Below are positions 30,853 through 43,000 of a stretch of 64,000 bases of DNA, piece by piece. The notes beneath the pieces are model-generated. The model saw only the letters and a list, made by a program, of their open reading frames with translations, did no database searches and had not been told where the DNA came from. Each line of letters starts with the position of its first letter. Positions within the stretch are counted from its first letter, which is position 1. The DNA is from an uncultured Actinomycetes bacterium. Its GTDB lineage: Bacteria; Actinomycetota; Thermoleophilia; Gaiellales; Gaiellaceae. The translations under genes and the position numbers were made by a program. The DNA lies in contig CAWCVG010000008.1 in assembly GCA_963798935.1 (NCBI GenBank), positions 4,752 through 68,751 on the forward strand. The letters run 5' to 3'.

Positions 30853-30932
30853 CGCACATTCGAGGATAGGACCGGTTGATGAGAGGCCGGCACAAACGTG
30901 ATGAGAGGCCCGTCAGGTCCCGATGAGAAGGC
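30853..30932 (-). promoter_or_regulatory. candidate activator-dependent promoter of gene B: three direct repeats at exact 22-bp spacing plus a -10-like TATCCT 10 nt before the ATG
   Basis: On the plus strand, TGATGAGAGGCC lies at 30877-30888, TGATGAGAGGCC at 30899-30910 and CGATGAGAAGGC at 30921-30932. The identical GATGAGA core lies at 30878, 30900 and 30922. The minus-strand TATCCT is the complement of 30863-30868. No good -35 hexamer is present. Confidence 0.45.
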
Positions 30933-31035
30933 GTTTACGTATCCGGGCCGATACCGCTCGGCGGCTCGTACACGGCGACGTCCTTGCCCGCCGCTCGTGC
31001 GCCGGCGGTGGGCGGTGGCCGGCGTCGGCCGGTGC

Positions 31036-34000
31036 TCAGTCGTACTGGATGACGAGCTGCGGCGGGTTGTCCGTGAGCTTCTCGCGGCTGTGGAAGGCCT
31101 GATCCATGCCGCCGGCGTTCTCGGTCGCGTCGCGGATCAGGAAGCCGTGGTTGAAGCCGCCCGGCGCGTACATCGCCTGGGTCTGGCTCGTGATCGTCCA
31201 CTCGCGGTAGCCGAAGCCCGACGTGGTCGTCACGCCCGTGCCCGACGTGGCGGGCTGGTTGCCCCAGGTCACGAGGTTCTCCGTCCACGCCGCTGCGAGC
31301 GGGATGGCCCGCAGCGTGCGCCCGTCCTTGTACGACGAGGCGTACAGGCGGAGCTTCGCGCTGACGACGTCGCAGCCGGCCGGGAGCGTCGGGAGGGCGA
31401 AGCGGACCAGCGCCCTCGCGTTGCTGCTCGACTTCGAATCGACCTTCAGGACCGAGTCCCCGCCGTTGTTCTTCGCCGCGTCGCTCTGCAGCACCCAGCT
31501 GTCCGCCACCGAGGTCACGGTCACCGAGCCGGCGGTGCAGTTCGAGATGTTGGCCGTCCAGCTGCGTGTCGCGGACGACTGGTCGGGGTTGCCGGCCGCG
31601 TCGATCGCGCGGACGCGGAACGTGTGCGGGCCTGCCGTGAGGCCGCTCAGGTGGCGCGGCGACGAGCACGCGGCCCATGGGGCGTTGTCGAGTGAGCACT
31701 CGAATGTCGCCGCCGGGTCGTCCGCGGAGAACGTGAACGTCTCCGTGCTGCTCGTCGTCGTCCCAGACGGGCCGTTGTTGATCGTCGTCTCCGGCGGGAC
31801 GAGGTCGACCGTCCAGGTGTACGTCGCCGGGCTCGGATCCGCCCTGTCGGCGAAGTCGATCGCCCGCACCTGGAACGTGTGCGAGCCGTGCGCGAGCGTC
31901 GGTGTAGCTCTTCGGGCTCGCGCACGCAGCGAACACGCCCAGGTCGAGCTTGCACTCGTAGCGGAGCTGCGACGCCGGCGTCGAGTCGTCGGTGCCGGTG
32001 AACGTGAAGCTCGGCGAGTGCGTCGGGCTCGGGTTCGTTCGGCTTGGTCAGGATGCCCGTGTCCGGCGGTGCGAGGTCCGGAGCCAGCTCGACCGTCCAC
32101 GAGCGAGCCGCCGGCGTGGCGTCGACGTTGCCGGCCGCGTCCTTCGCCCGGGCCTTCAGCGTGTGTGCGCCCACGCTCAGGCTCGAGTACGTCTTCGGCG
32201 AGGCGCAGGGGCTGAACGCTGCGTCGTCGAGCGAGCACTCGAAGGTCGCGGCGGCCTCGTTCGAGGAGAACGTGAACGCCGCGGTGGTGCTGAGCACGGT
32301 TCCGGACGGGCCGCTCTCGATTGTCGTCGCCGGAGGCCTCGTGTCCGGCGCGGCGAAGCGGATCACGAGCTCCGGCCGGTTCATCGGGGCCTCGCGGCTG
32401 GCGATCTGCTGCTCCGAGCCGCCGTTGTTGTCACCAGCGTCCCTGATCAGGAAGCCGTTGTTCACGCTCGCGTACATCGCGAGCACCTGAGCAGACACGT
32501 TCCACTCGCGCCAGCCCGGCGTCGCGCCCGCACCGAGGCCCGACATCGTCGTCACGGGCTCACCGGCCGTCAGCGGCTGGTTGTCCCACGTGACGCCACC
32601 CTCGCCCCAGGTGCCCGCGACGCGCCACGCCTCGAGAGCACGGTCGGTGATCAGCGAGTTCAGGTGCAGGCGCATCGTCGCCGACTCGACCGCGCAGCCT
32701 GCCGGCAGCGCCGGGAGGTTGAAGCGGACGAGAGAGCGGGCGTTGTTCGCCGGGCCCTTGGAGATGACCTTGATGGTCGAGTCGCCACCCTTGTTGGTGA
32801 GCGGCGCGGCCTGGTCGATCCAGGCGTCCGCGCCGGCGCCGACGGTCTGCTGCGTTCCGCAGCTCATGGCCGAGCCCGAAGCGGCGGCGTAGCTGTAGAC
32901 CATCTGCGGCTGGTTGTCCGACTTCTCCCGGCTGTGGAGCTGCTGCTCGGAGCCGCCGTTGCCCTCGGCCGCGTCGCGGATCAGGAAGCCGTTGCTCGCG
33001 CCGGCCGCCACCTGCGTCGTGACGTCCCAGGAGCGGTGACCCTGCCCGGAGTCGGTGGTGGCCGCCGTGCCGCTCGTCGCCGGCTGGTTGCTCCAGTTGA
33101 CGCCGCTCTCCGTCCAGGTCGCGGCCAGCGGCAGAGCCTGGATCGTCCGGCCGGCGGAGTGCCCGCCCGCGTAGAGGCGCAGCGTCGCCGACTGCAGGAC
33201 GCAGCCGGAGGGCACCGTCGGCGCCGGGAAGCGGACGAGCGCGCGGCTGTCCTCGCCGGACTTCGACATCACCTTCAGCACCGAGTCGCCGCCGTGGTTG
33301 TTCGACGGGCTCTTCAGCTCGATCCAGGCGTCCGCGTCGGCGCCGACCGTCTGCACCGAGGTGCAGTCCGGCGCCACGACCGACCACGTCCACGTGGCGG
33401 GCGTCGGGTCGGCGTTCCCCGCCTGGTCGACCGCGCGGACGTCGAACGAGTACGGAGCGCCCTGAGCCAGTCCTGTGTACGTCCTCGGGCTGGTGCAGGC
33501 CGTGAACTCCGTGTCGCCGTCGAATCGGCACTCGTACCGGAGGTCGGCTACCGCATCGAGGTTGTCGCTGCCGGTGAACGTGAGCGTCGCCGACGAGAGC
33601 GTGCTCGGATTCGACGGCTTCCCGGTGATGGACGTCTCCGGCGGTGTCCCGTCGGTGATCGTCCAGCTGTAGCTGTCCGCCGACGGATCGACGTTGCCCG
33701 CGCCGTCGATCGCCCGCACCTGGAACGTGTGCGGCCCGGACGCGAGCGCCGTGTAGGTCATCGGCGACTCGCAGTCGGCGAACGGCGCGGCGTCGAGCGA
33801 GCACTCGAACGCCGAGTCGATCTCGTTCGCGTTGAACGTGAACGTCGCGCTCGTGGCCGTCGTCGAGCTCTGCGGCGTCGTCGAGGATCGTCGTGTTCGG
33901 CGGCACCGCGACCGTCCACGTGTACTCGACCGGCGTCTCGTCAGCGAGGCCGTACGGCTGGAGCTTCGCGGCGACGGTGAGCGTGTGCTCGCCGTCCTCG

Positions 34001-37000
34001 AGGCCGCTGTACGTCTTCGGGTTCGCGCAGAGCGACTCGCCGAGACCGTCGAGGTCGCAGAAGAACTCGACGTTGGTCTGGTCGGACCGAAACTCGAACG
34101 TTGCCGTCGCGGAGTTGCTCGGATCGGCCGGGAAGGCGACGAGCGTCGTCTCCGGCGGCGCCAGAACCGTCCACTCGTAGCGGGCCGGCGTCTGGTCGAC
34201 GTTGAGCGCGAGGTCGGTCGCCCGCACCTCGAACGTGTGGTCGCCGGGCTCGACTTCGTACTCCGCGGGAGACTCGCACTCGGCGAATGCCACACCGTCG
34301 AGCGAGCACTCGAACGTCGCGCCGGCCTCGGAGGCGAACGTGAAGTTCGCGACCGTGGACGGGCTCGGGTCGGCCGGCTGCGTCAGGATCCTCGTGTCGG
34401 GCGCCTCCGTGTCCGGAATCGACCTCGATCGTCCAGGTGTAGCTCTCGGGCGACTGATCCGCGTTGCCGGCGAGGTCGACGGCGCGCACCTCGAAGGTGT
34501 GCGGGCCGGCCGCGAGGTCCGAGTACTCCATCGGCGATTCGCACTCGGCGAACGGCTCGGCGTCGAGCGTGCACTCGAACGTCGCGTCGAGCTCGCTCGC
34601 CAGAAGCTGAACGTCGCGGTCGTGTCCGAATCGTCGGGTCGGCCGGCCGTCCCTGCAGCGTCGTCTCGGGCGGAACGGTGTCGAGGATGACGTTCCACGT
34701 GTGGCTCACCGGCGCCTCGACGTTCCCATGCGACGTCGGTCGCGCGGACGCGGAACGTGTGCGGGCCGAGCTCGACCGGTGTACTCCGCGGGCGAGGCGC
34801 ACGGCGCGAACGGCTGCGTGTCGAGCGAGCACTCGAAGGTGGCAGTCGGGCTCGTTCGAGACGAAGTGGAAGCTCGCCTCGAGCAGGGTCGTCTCCGCGT
34901 CGGGGCCGTTCAGGATCGTCGTCGTCGGCGCCGTCCGGTCGGCCGCGACCGTCCACGTCCAGCTCGCGGGCGTCTCGTCCACGTTGCCGGCCGCGTCGGT
35001 CGCGCGCGCCTCGAGCGTGTGCGGGCCGTCGGCCAGGCCGGTGTAGACGGTCGGATCCGGGCAGGGCGCGAAGCCGGCGTTGTCGAGCGAGCACTCGAAG
35101 GTCGAGACGGCCTCGTCGCTCTGGATCGGCGAACGTCGCGCTCGTGCTGATGCTCGGGACGGCCGGGTCGGGCCCGAGGACGATCGTCGTCTCCGGCGGG
35201 TCGAGCTCGGTGACCGTCCACGAGTAGAGCGTGATCGGCGGCTCCTCCTGCTCCTCGGGCACGAGCACGCGCACCTCGAAGGTGTGCGGCGCCATCAGCA
35301 GGCCGTTGTACGTCTTCGGCGACGTGCACGGCGACCACTCACCGGCGTCGAGCGAGCACTCGTACGCCGGGTTGGTGGCGTTGGCGGAGAACTCGAACGT
35401 CGCGCTCGTCTCGTCCGTCCGCAGGTCCGGGCCGGACGTGATGTCGACGGGCGGCGCGGCGATGGCGACGTCCCACTCGTACTCGGCCGGCTCCGGGTCG
35501 GCGTGGCCGAGTGCGTCGATCGCGCGGACTGCGAAGGCGTGCTCGCCGTAGATCAGGCCGGTGTAGACCTGCGGCGAGGTGCACGGCACCCACACCTGGT
35601 CGTCGACTGCCTCGTCGAGCGCGCACTCGAAGGTGACGCCCTGCTGGTCGGACGAGAACTCGAACGTCGCCGTCGAGTCCTCGGACGGGTTGGGCGGCGT
35701 CGCGTCGAGGATCGTGTCCGGGTAGGCCGAGACCGTCCACTGGCGCGTGGCCGGCGTCGGGTCGGCGCCGCCCGCGATGTTGACCGCGCGGACGGAGAGC
35801 GTGTACGTGCCCGGCAGGGCGACGGTGACCGAGTACGGCGAGACGCAGCTCTCGTACAGCGCGCCGTCGAGCGAGCACTCGAACGTCGCCGTCGGCTCGT
35901 CGCTCGAGAACGTCGAAGGTGCCTTCGAGCGACCACGTCGGCTGCTTCCGGCGAGGCGGTCGATCGTCGTGTTCGGCGCGACGACCGTCCAGTTGTGCAC
36001 GGCCGGGCTCGAGTCGAGCGTGCCGGCGTCGCTCCGGGCGCGGACGATCGAGCTTGTGCGCTCCGAGCGCCAGGCCCTCGATGATGTAGTTCGACTCGCA
36101 CGAGCCCCAAGTCCCGCCGTCAAGCGAGCACTCGAAGGTCGCCTCGGGGTCGGTCGACGAGAAGCGGAACTCGGCGACCGTGCTGCGGGTCGAGGCGGCG
36201 GGGCCGGAGTCGATCGTCGTGTCCGGCGCCACGACCGTCCAGCTGTGGCTGGCCGGCGTCGCGTCGGGGATGCCGGACGTGCTCGTCGCCACCACCTGCA
36301 GCTCGTAGTTGCCGGGCACGAGGCCCTCGATCACGTGCGGCGACTCGCAGCCGCTCCAGGTGAGGCCGCCGTCGAGCGAGCACTCGTACGTCGCCGTCGG
36401 ATCGTTCGGGTCGCCGGTGGAGAAGAAGAAGGTCGCGGTCGAGCTCGCCGTCGTGGCGGCCGGGCCGGACTCGATCGTCGTCTCCGGAACCACGAGCGTG
36501 GTGCCAGTCGCGAGGGCGAACGGCGACAGGCTGTCGGTCACGCCGCAGACCTCGCCGGCCACTGGATCGCCGGAAGTCGTGATGTCGACCCAGCTGCTGG
36601 TGTCGGCGTCCCAGTGCAGGAGGCGGACCGGCTCGGCCAGCGACCCCGGCACGTAGGTGAGGCAGACGGTGACGGGCGCGGTGTATCCGGCCGTCGTGTC
36701 GATGTCGTAGTACGAGGCGCCGGCCGCGAGGTAGCCGACGGGCAGCGCCGGGCCGCCGGGCACGACGTCCGCGGTGGTGTTGCCCGCCGTCGCGACGCTG
36801 GCGAACGTCACCGTGGCGCTCTGGCCCGCACCCAGGTCGAGGTCGACCGAGACGTTGCTGCCGACGGACGTGTTCGGCGGAGGCGGCGCCTCGACCGTCC
36901 AGCTGTAGGTGTCCGCCACGCCGACGTTGCCGAACTCGTCGATCGCCCTGACCCGGGCGGTGTAGGCGCCCGGCGTCAGGCCGGTGAGCTCGTACGGCGA

Positions 37001-40000
37001 CGTGCACGCGGCCCAGTTCGTGCCGTCGATCGAGCACTCGAACGTCAGGCTCTCGGCCGGCGTGGTGTTGTCGGTGCCGCTGAAGACGATGCTCGCCGTC
37101 GTCTGGAGCGTCGTCGCGGGCGGGCCCGACTCGATCGTCGCCACCGGCGGGATCGCAATCGTCCAGGTGTAGGTCGCCGGCGTCTCCTCGACGAAGCCGT
37201 AGCGGTTCGTCGCCTCGACCTCGAGCACGTGCTCGCCCTCGGCGAGGCCGGTGAGGATGCGCGGCGACGCGCAGTCGGGCACGACGATGCCGTCGAGGAA
37301 GCAGGAGAACGTGGCGGGGCGTGCTCCGGCGCCACCGAGAGCGTGAACGTCGCGGTCGTGCTCTCGTCGTGGCTGGCCGGCGGGCCGCGTGATCGTCGTC
37401 GTCGGCGCGCCCGACGACCGTCCAGGTGTAGGGCCCGGCCGCCGGGCCGGCGTTGCCGGCTCGAGTCGACGGCGCGGACGAGCAGGGTGTGCACGCCGGC
37501 CTCGAGGGTGAGCTCGGCCGTGTTGTCGGGCGGCGCGGCGCACTCCTCGTAGGCTGCTCCGTCGACGCTGCACTCGAACACGGCGTCCGCCTCGTTGCTG
37601 GAGAAGACGAACGACGCAGGCGTGCCGAGCGGGATCTCGGCCGGCGGGCCGGAGACGATGGTCGGGGCCGCGGGCGCGGTCAGGTCGACGATCGTCCACT
37701 CCCAGCGTCGCCACCTCGATCGGCACGAGCAGGTTCGGCTTCTCGGCGTAGATCTCGAAGGTGTGCAGGCCGGCCAGCTCGCCGTCGTTCGCGGCCCGGA
37801 TCTCGGCCTCGGTGTACGTCTTCGGCGAGGTGCACCCGGTGGCCGAGGGCACGGAGCCGTCGAGCGAGCAGAAGAGGACCATGTCCGTCGGATCCGACTC
37901 CTCGACGGTGAAGCTGAACGTCGGCAGTCGTGGCCTCGGTCTCGCCGCCCGACTCCGCGGTCGGCCCGCTCGTGATGGTCACGACCGGCGGTGTCAGGTC
38001 GCCGATCTCCCACGCAGAACGTGGCCGGCGTCGGGTCGCGCGCGCCGCCGGAGCCGATCGCCGTGACCTCGAAGTCGTGGTCGCCGGGCAGCAGGCCGCT
38101 GTACGTCACCGGCGAGGTGCACGGCTGCGGGGTGGCCTCGTCGAGCGAGCACTCGAAGGTGGCGCCGGCCTGGTTCGCCGAGAACGTGAACGTCGCGCTC
38201 GTGCTCTCGGTCTGGAAGTCCGGTGCCGGGATTGCGGGCTCGACGAGGTCGATCGTCGTCTCGGGCGCGCGGCGAGATCGTCCAGGTGTGGACGGCGGGC
38301 TCTCCGGCGCCGAGGCCGTCGATCGCGCGGACGCGGAAGACGTGCGTCCCCGCCGCGAGGTCGGTGTACTCGGCCGGCGAGAGCGCAGGAGCCGAAGCCC
38401 GAGTCGTCGAGCGAGCACTCGAAGCTGGCGCCGGCCTCGTTGGACGAGAAGTGCAGGCTCGCCGACGTGCTGTTGGTCGGGTCCGCCGGGCCGTCGTCGA
38501 TGGTCGTGTCGGGCGCGAGGTCGATCGTCCACGCGCTCGCCGCCGGCGTCGGGTCGACGTTGCCGGCCGCGTCGGTCGAGCGGACCGAGAACGTGTGGTC
38601 GCCCGCGGCGAGGCCGGTGTACGCGGCGGGCGAGGTGCACGCCGCGTACGCCGCGTCGTCGAGCGAGCACTCGTAGGCCACGCCCGGCTCCGACGTGAAC
38701 TCGAAGCGACGCGCTCGTGCGAGCGGATCGAGACGGCCGGGCCGACGTGATGGTCGTCTCCGGCGCGACGTGCTCGACCGTCCAGCGTGTAGCTGACCGG
38801 GCTCGGGTCGACGTTGCCGGCCGCGTCGACTGCGCGCACCGACGAACGTGTGCGGGCCGTCGAGCAGGCCGTGCAGGTCCTTCGGCGACGTCGCACGGCC
38901 CAGCGCGCCGGCGTCGAGGCGGCACTGGAAGGTCGCGCCGCGCCTCGGACGAGAACGTCGAAGCCGTGCGGTGCCGCTGTTGCGTCGGCTCGGCCGGCGG
39001 CCGCGTCGATCGACGTCTCGGGCGCCGTCGCGGTCGACCGTCCAGGTGTGGACGATCGCCGGAGTCTCGTCGACGTTGCCCGACGGCGTCGGTCGCGCGC
39101 ACCGAGAAGGTGTGCGGGCCGTCCGCGAGGCCGATGTAGCCGCTGCGGCGACGCGCACTGGACGTACGGGCCGCCGTCGAGCGCGCACTCGAAGGTCGCG
39201 CCGGCCTCGGCAGGAGAACGTGAAGTCGGCGCTCGTGCTGTTGCGTCGCCGTCGGCCGGCCGTGCACCGAGCGTCGTCTCCGGCGCCGTCGTGTCGGGCG
39301 GGCCGATCGTCCAGGTGTAGCGTCGCCGGCGTCGGGTCGGCTGTGCCGTCCTCGTCGGTGGCGACGACCGAGAACTGGTGGACGCCGACGCCAGGCCGGT
39401 GTACTGCGCGGCGAGGTGCAGGCCGCGAAGCGCGCCGCCGTCGAGCGAGCACGCGAAGGTCGAGCCCGCCTCGGTGGAGAAGAAGCCGAAGCTGGCGCTC
39501 GTGCTCGATCGTCGGGTCGTCCGGGCCGCCCGAGATCGTCGTGTCGGGCGCCGTGCCCTCGACGACCGTCCAGGTCCAGCTCGCCGGCGTCGGGTCGACG
39601 TTGCCGTTGATGTCGATCAGCCTGCGACCACGAACGTGTGCGTGCCGAGGCCGATGCGCCGGGAAGCCGAGCTCGGTGTCCGGGAACATCGCCGGCGACA
39701 GGCACTCGCCGAGCTCGACGCCGTCGAGGGAGCACTCGAACGACCGAGCCGGGCTCGCTGGAGGTGAACGCGAAGCGCGCCGGTCGTGCGCGCCGTCGGG
39801 CTGCTCGGGCCGGCGATCGATCGCCGTGTCGGGCGCGTTCGCGACCGTCGAAGCCCACTCGGCCGGGAGCTCGCCGGCGATGCCGAACTCGTTGACCGCG
39901 CGGACCTGGAACAGGTACTCGCCGTCGGGCAGGTTCGTGTAGCGTGTGCGGCGACGAGCACGGCTCGAACAGGTTGTTCAGGAACGGGTTCGGCGTGATC

Positions 40001-43000
40001 CGGCACTCGAAGGTCGCGTTCGGCTCGGTCGAGGAGAACGTGAACGTGTGCTCGGTGCCGGGGCTCGGGTCGGGCGGCGTCGACGTCGATCGTCGGCTCG
40101 AGCGGCGGCGCGATCACGCGCCACTCGTAGCCGCGCCGGCTCGGGCTCGACGTTGCCGGAAGATGTCGATCGCGCGGCACCATGGAAGACGTGCACGCCG
40201 GGCGTCGAGCTCCTCGATCAGGTACGGCGACTCGCAGCGACTCGAACGGCTCGGCGTCGAGCGCGCACTCGAACTCGATCTCGGGCCCGACGCGCCGAGA
40301 ACTGTGAAGATCGCGGTTGATGTTCGTCGACGGGTTCGTCGGCGCCGTGTGGATCGTCGTCTCGGGCGCCGGCGGTCGGCGGCTCGTACGTCCACGTCCA
40401 GGTCGCCGGGCGTCGGGTCGGCGTTCAGCGCCAGGTCGACCGCGCGGACCTGGAACGTGTGCTGGCCGGGCTCGAGCTCGACGTACTGGGCCGGGTTGAA
40501 GCACTCCTCCCACACGGCTCGCCGGTCGTCTCGAACTCGATCGCGCACTCGAACGTAGCGTCGACCTCTCGTTGGAGGAGAACTCGAAGCGTCGCCCAGT
40601 CGTCGATCGTGTGGCGGGCGGGCCCGTCGAGCGATCGTCGTCTCGGGCGGGTCCGCGTCGATGCCCGACCTGGAGAGTGCGTGCTCACCGGCGGGTGCTC
40701 GACGTTCCGGCGAGGTCGATCGCGCGGACGCGGAAGCGTGTGCTGCCCGGCGTCAGGTCGCTGTACTCCATCGGCGACTCGCACTGCTCGAACGGCTCGA
40801 CGTCGAGCTGGCACTCGAACTCGAAGACCGGCTCGTTGGCGGTGAAGCTGAAGATCGCCTCGAACACGCCCTCGACCGCGATGACGCTCGGCGGTGTTGA
40901 TCGTCGTCACCGGCGGCGGTCGTGTCGAGCACGACCGTCCAGCTCCAGCTCGGCCGGCGACGGGTCGACGTGCAGGGCGAGGTCGACCGCGCGGACGCGC
41001 AGGATGTGCGGGCCGGGCGTCAGGCCGGTGAACTCGACCGGGTCCGGGCACGTCGGTGAACGGCGGCGCTGTCGAGCGCGCACTCGAACGTCGCCGGCGG
41101 GTCGTTGCTCTCGAAGGCGAAGGTCGCGATCGGACTCGCCGCGTCTCCGGATCGATCGTCGTAGCTCGGGTCGGCGGGCCGAAGACGATCGTCGTCTCGG
41201 GCGGCGTGCTGTCCACGACCGTCCACTCGTAGGTCGTCGACTCGGGCTCGGCGCGCCGATCGTCTCGGCACGAGCACCTGCACCTCGAAGTCGTGCGGGC
41301 CGAGCGGCACGCCGTTGTAGGTCTTCGGCGAGACGCAGAGCGAGAACGCGCCGCCGTCGAGCGAGCACTCGTACTGGAGGTCGCGGCCCTCGGCGGAGAA
41401 GTCGAACCTCGCGGTCCGGCTCTCGGTCGTGACGTCCGGGCCGGAGGTGATCAGCGACCGGCGGCGCGATGCCCTCGACGTCCCAGCTCCCACTCGGCCG
41501 GCGTCGGGTCGACGTTGCCGTCCGCGTCCACGGCCCGCACGGCGAAGTCGTGCTCGCCGAAGATGAGGTTCGGTGTAGGTGATCCGGCGACGCGCACGGC
41601 GTGAAGCTGCCGCGGTCGACGGCCTCGTCGAGCGCGCACTCGAAGGTGGCGCCCGGGAGGTTGGAGGTGAACGTGAAGGTCGCGGTGCTGCTGTCGGTCG
41701 GGTCGGCCGGCCGGTTGATGATCGCCGTGTCGGGCATCGGCCGTGACGGTCCAGCTGGTAGCTGGCCGGCGTCGGGTCGACCGTGCCGGCGTCGTTCATC
41801 GCGCGGACGAGCAGCTCGTGGTTGCCGGCAGGAGGTCCTCGATCAGGTGCGGCGGTCGAGCACGAGCTGAACGGACGCGCCGTCGAGCGAGCACTCGAAG
41901 GTCGGCCAGCGGGTCGTTCGAGGAGAACGTGAAGCTCGCGGCCATGTTGACCGATCGTCGGCGGGCGGGCCCGTGAGGATCGTCGTGTCGGGCGGCGTGA
42001 CCGTCCAGCGGTGGACGGCCGGCGTCGCGTCGACGTTGCCGAGCGCGTTCACGCGCGCGGACCAGCAGCTCGTGCGTGGCCGGGCAGCAGGCCCTCGATC
42101 ACGTACGGCGTGTCGCAGGAGCCCCACCGGCGGCAGCGGGTCGTCGAGCGCGCACTCGAAGCTCGCGGCCGGGTCGTTCGAGGAGAACGTCGAACGATGG
42201 CCGGTCGGAGTCGGGCTGTGACCGCGTCGGGCCCGGACTCGGATCGTCGTCTCGGGCACGACCGTCGGCGTCGCCGGCGACGATCGCGAACGGCGACAGG
42301 CTCTCGGCGTCGCCGCAGACCGTGCCGGCGACCTCGTCGGCGGTCAGCGTGACGTCGACCCACTCGGTGCCGTCGTGGTGGAGCAGCCGCGGACGGGCAG
42401 GTCGTGTGCGTGCGCCGGGTTGTACGGCAGGCAGACGGTCACCGGCGCCGAGTACTCGGCGGTCGTGCTGACGTCGTAGTAGACCGGCGCCGGCGGACAG
42501 GTAGCCGGCCGGCAGCGGCGGCGCCGTGTCGAGCGTGCTCAGCCGATGGTGTAGCCGGGCATCGCGTGACCTCGGCGAAGGTCACGCGTCGCCACGACCG
42601 GGACTCGTGAGCTGGACGATCACGTCGGTGCCGGCCGGCGTGTTCGGCGGCGGCGGCGCCGCGACCGTCCAGGTGAGGCTGGCCGGCGTCGCGTCGACGT
42701 TGCCGGCGCCGTCGGTCGCGAAGACCTCGAGCGTGTAGTTCGCCGAGCGGGAGGTCGGCGAGCTCGTAGCGGCGAGCTGCAGCCCGCGAACGCGCGCGCC
42801 GTTGAGCGAGCACTCGAAGGTCGACGTCGAGCTCGTTGGAGGAGAACGTGAGCTCGCGGTCGTGCTCGTCGGTGGTCGCCGACGGGCCGGAGTCGATCGT
42901 CGTCTCCGGAGCGGTGCGGTCGTCGATCGATCCACGTGCGGCTCGCCGGCGGGTCCTCGACGAGCGGCTCGGGCTCTCCGGGTCGTGCCTGCGACCTCGA

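Noticed and set aside
22084-31548. C-terminal cell-wall sorting signals (LPXTG plus hydrophobic tail), RTX/T1SS or RHS/YD-type features at the ends of the giant proteins
   Set aside because: Both proteins end directly after the DNRLRE-like module (...QLVVQFVSAG* and ...QLVIQYD*). I saw none of these signals there, nor GGxGxD nonapeptides or YD repeats in the translated segments I read.
31992-33980. Long plus-strand ORFs inside the giant genes (for example 31992..33980 662 aa, 35747..37552 601 aa, 60270..61643 457 aa, 24471..25529 352 aa)
   Set aside because: - They are antisense shadows of the minus-strand genes in about 70% GC DNA.
- Their translations are Arg/Ala/Gly/Asp-rich low complexity with no recognisable motifs.
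- The minus strand gives clear domain sequence over the same coordinates.
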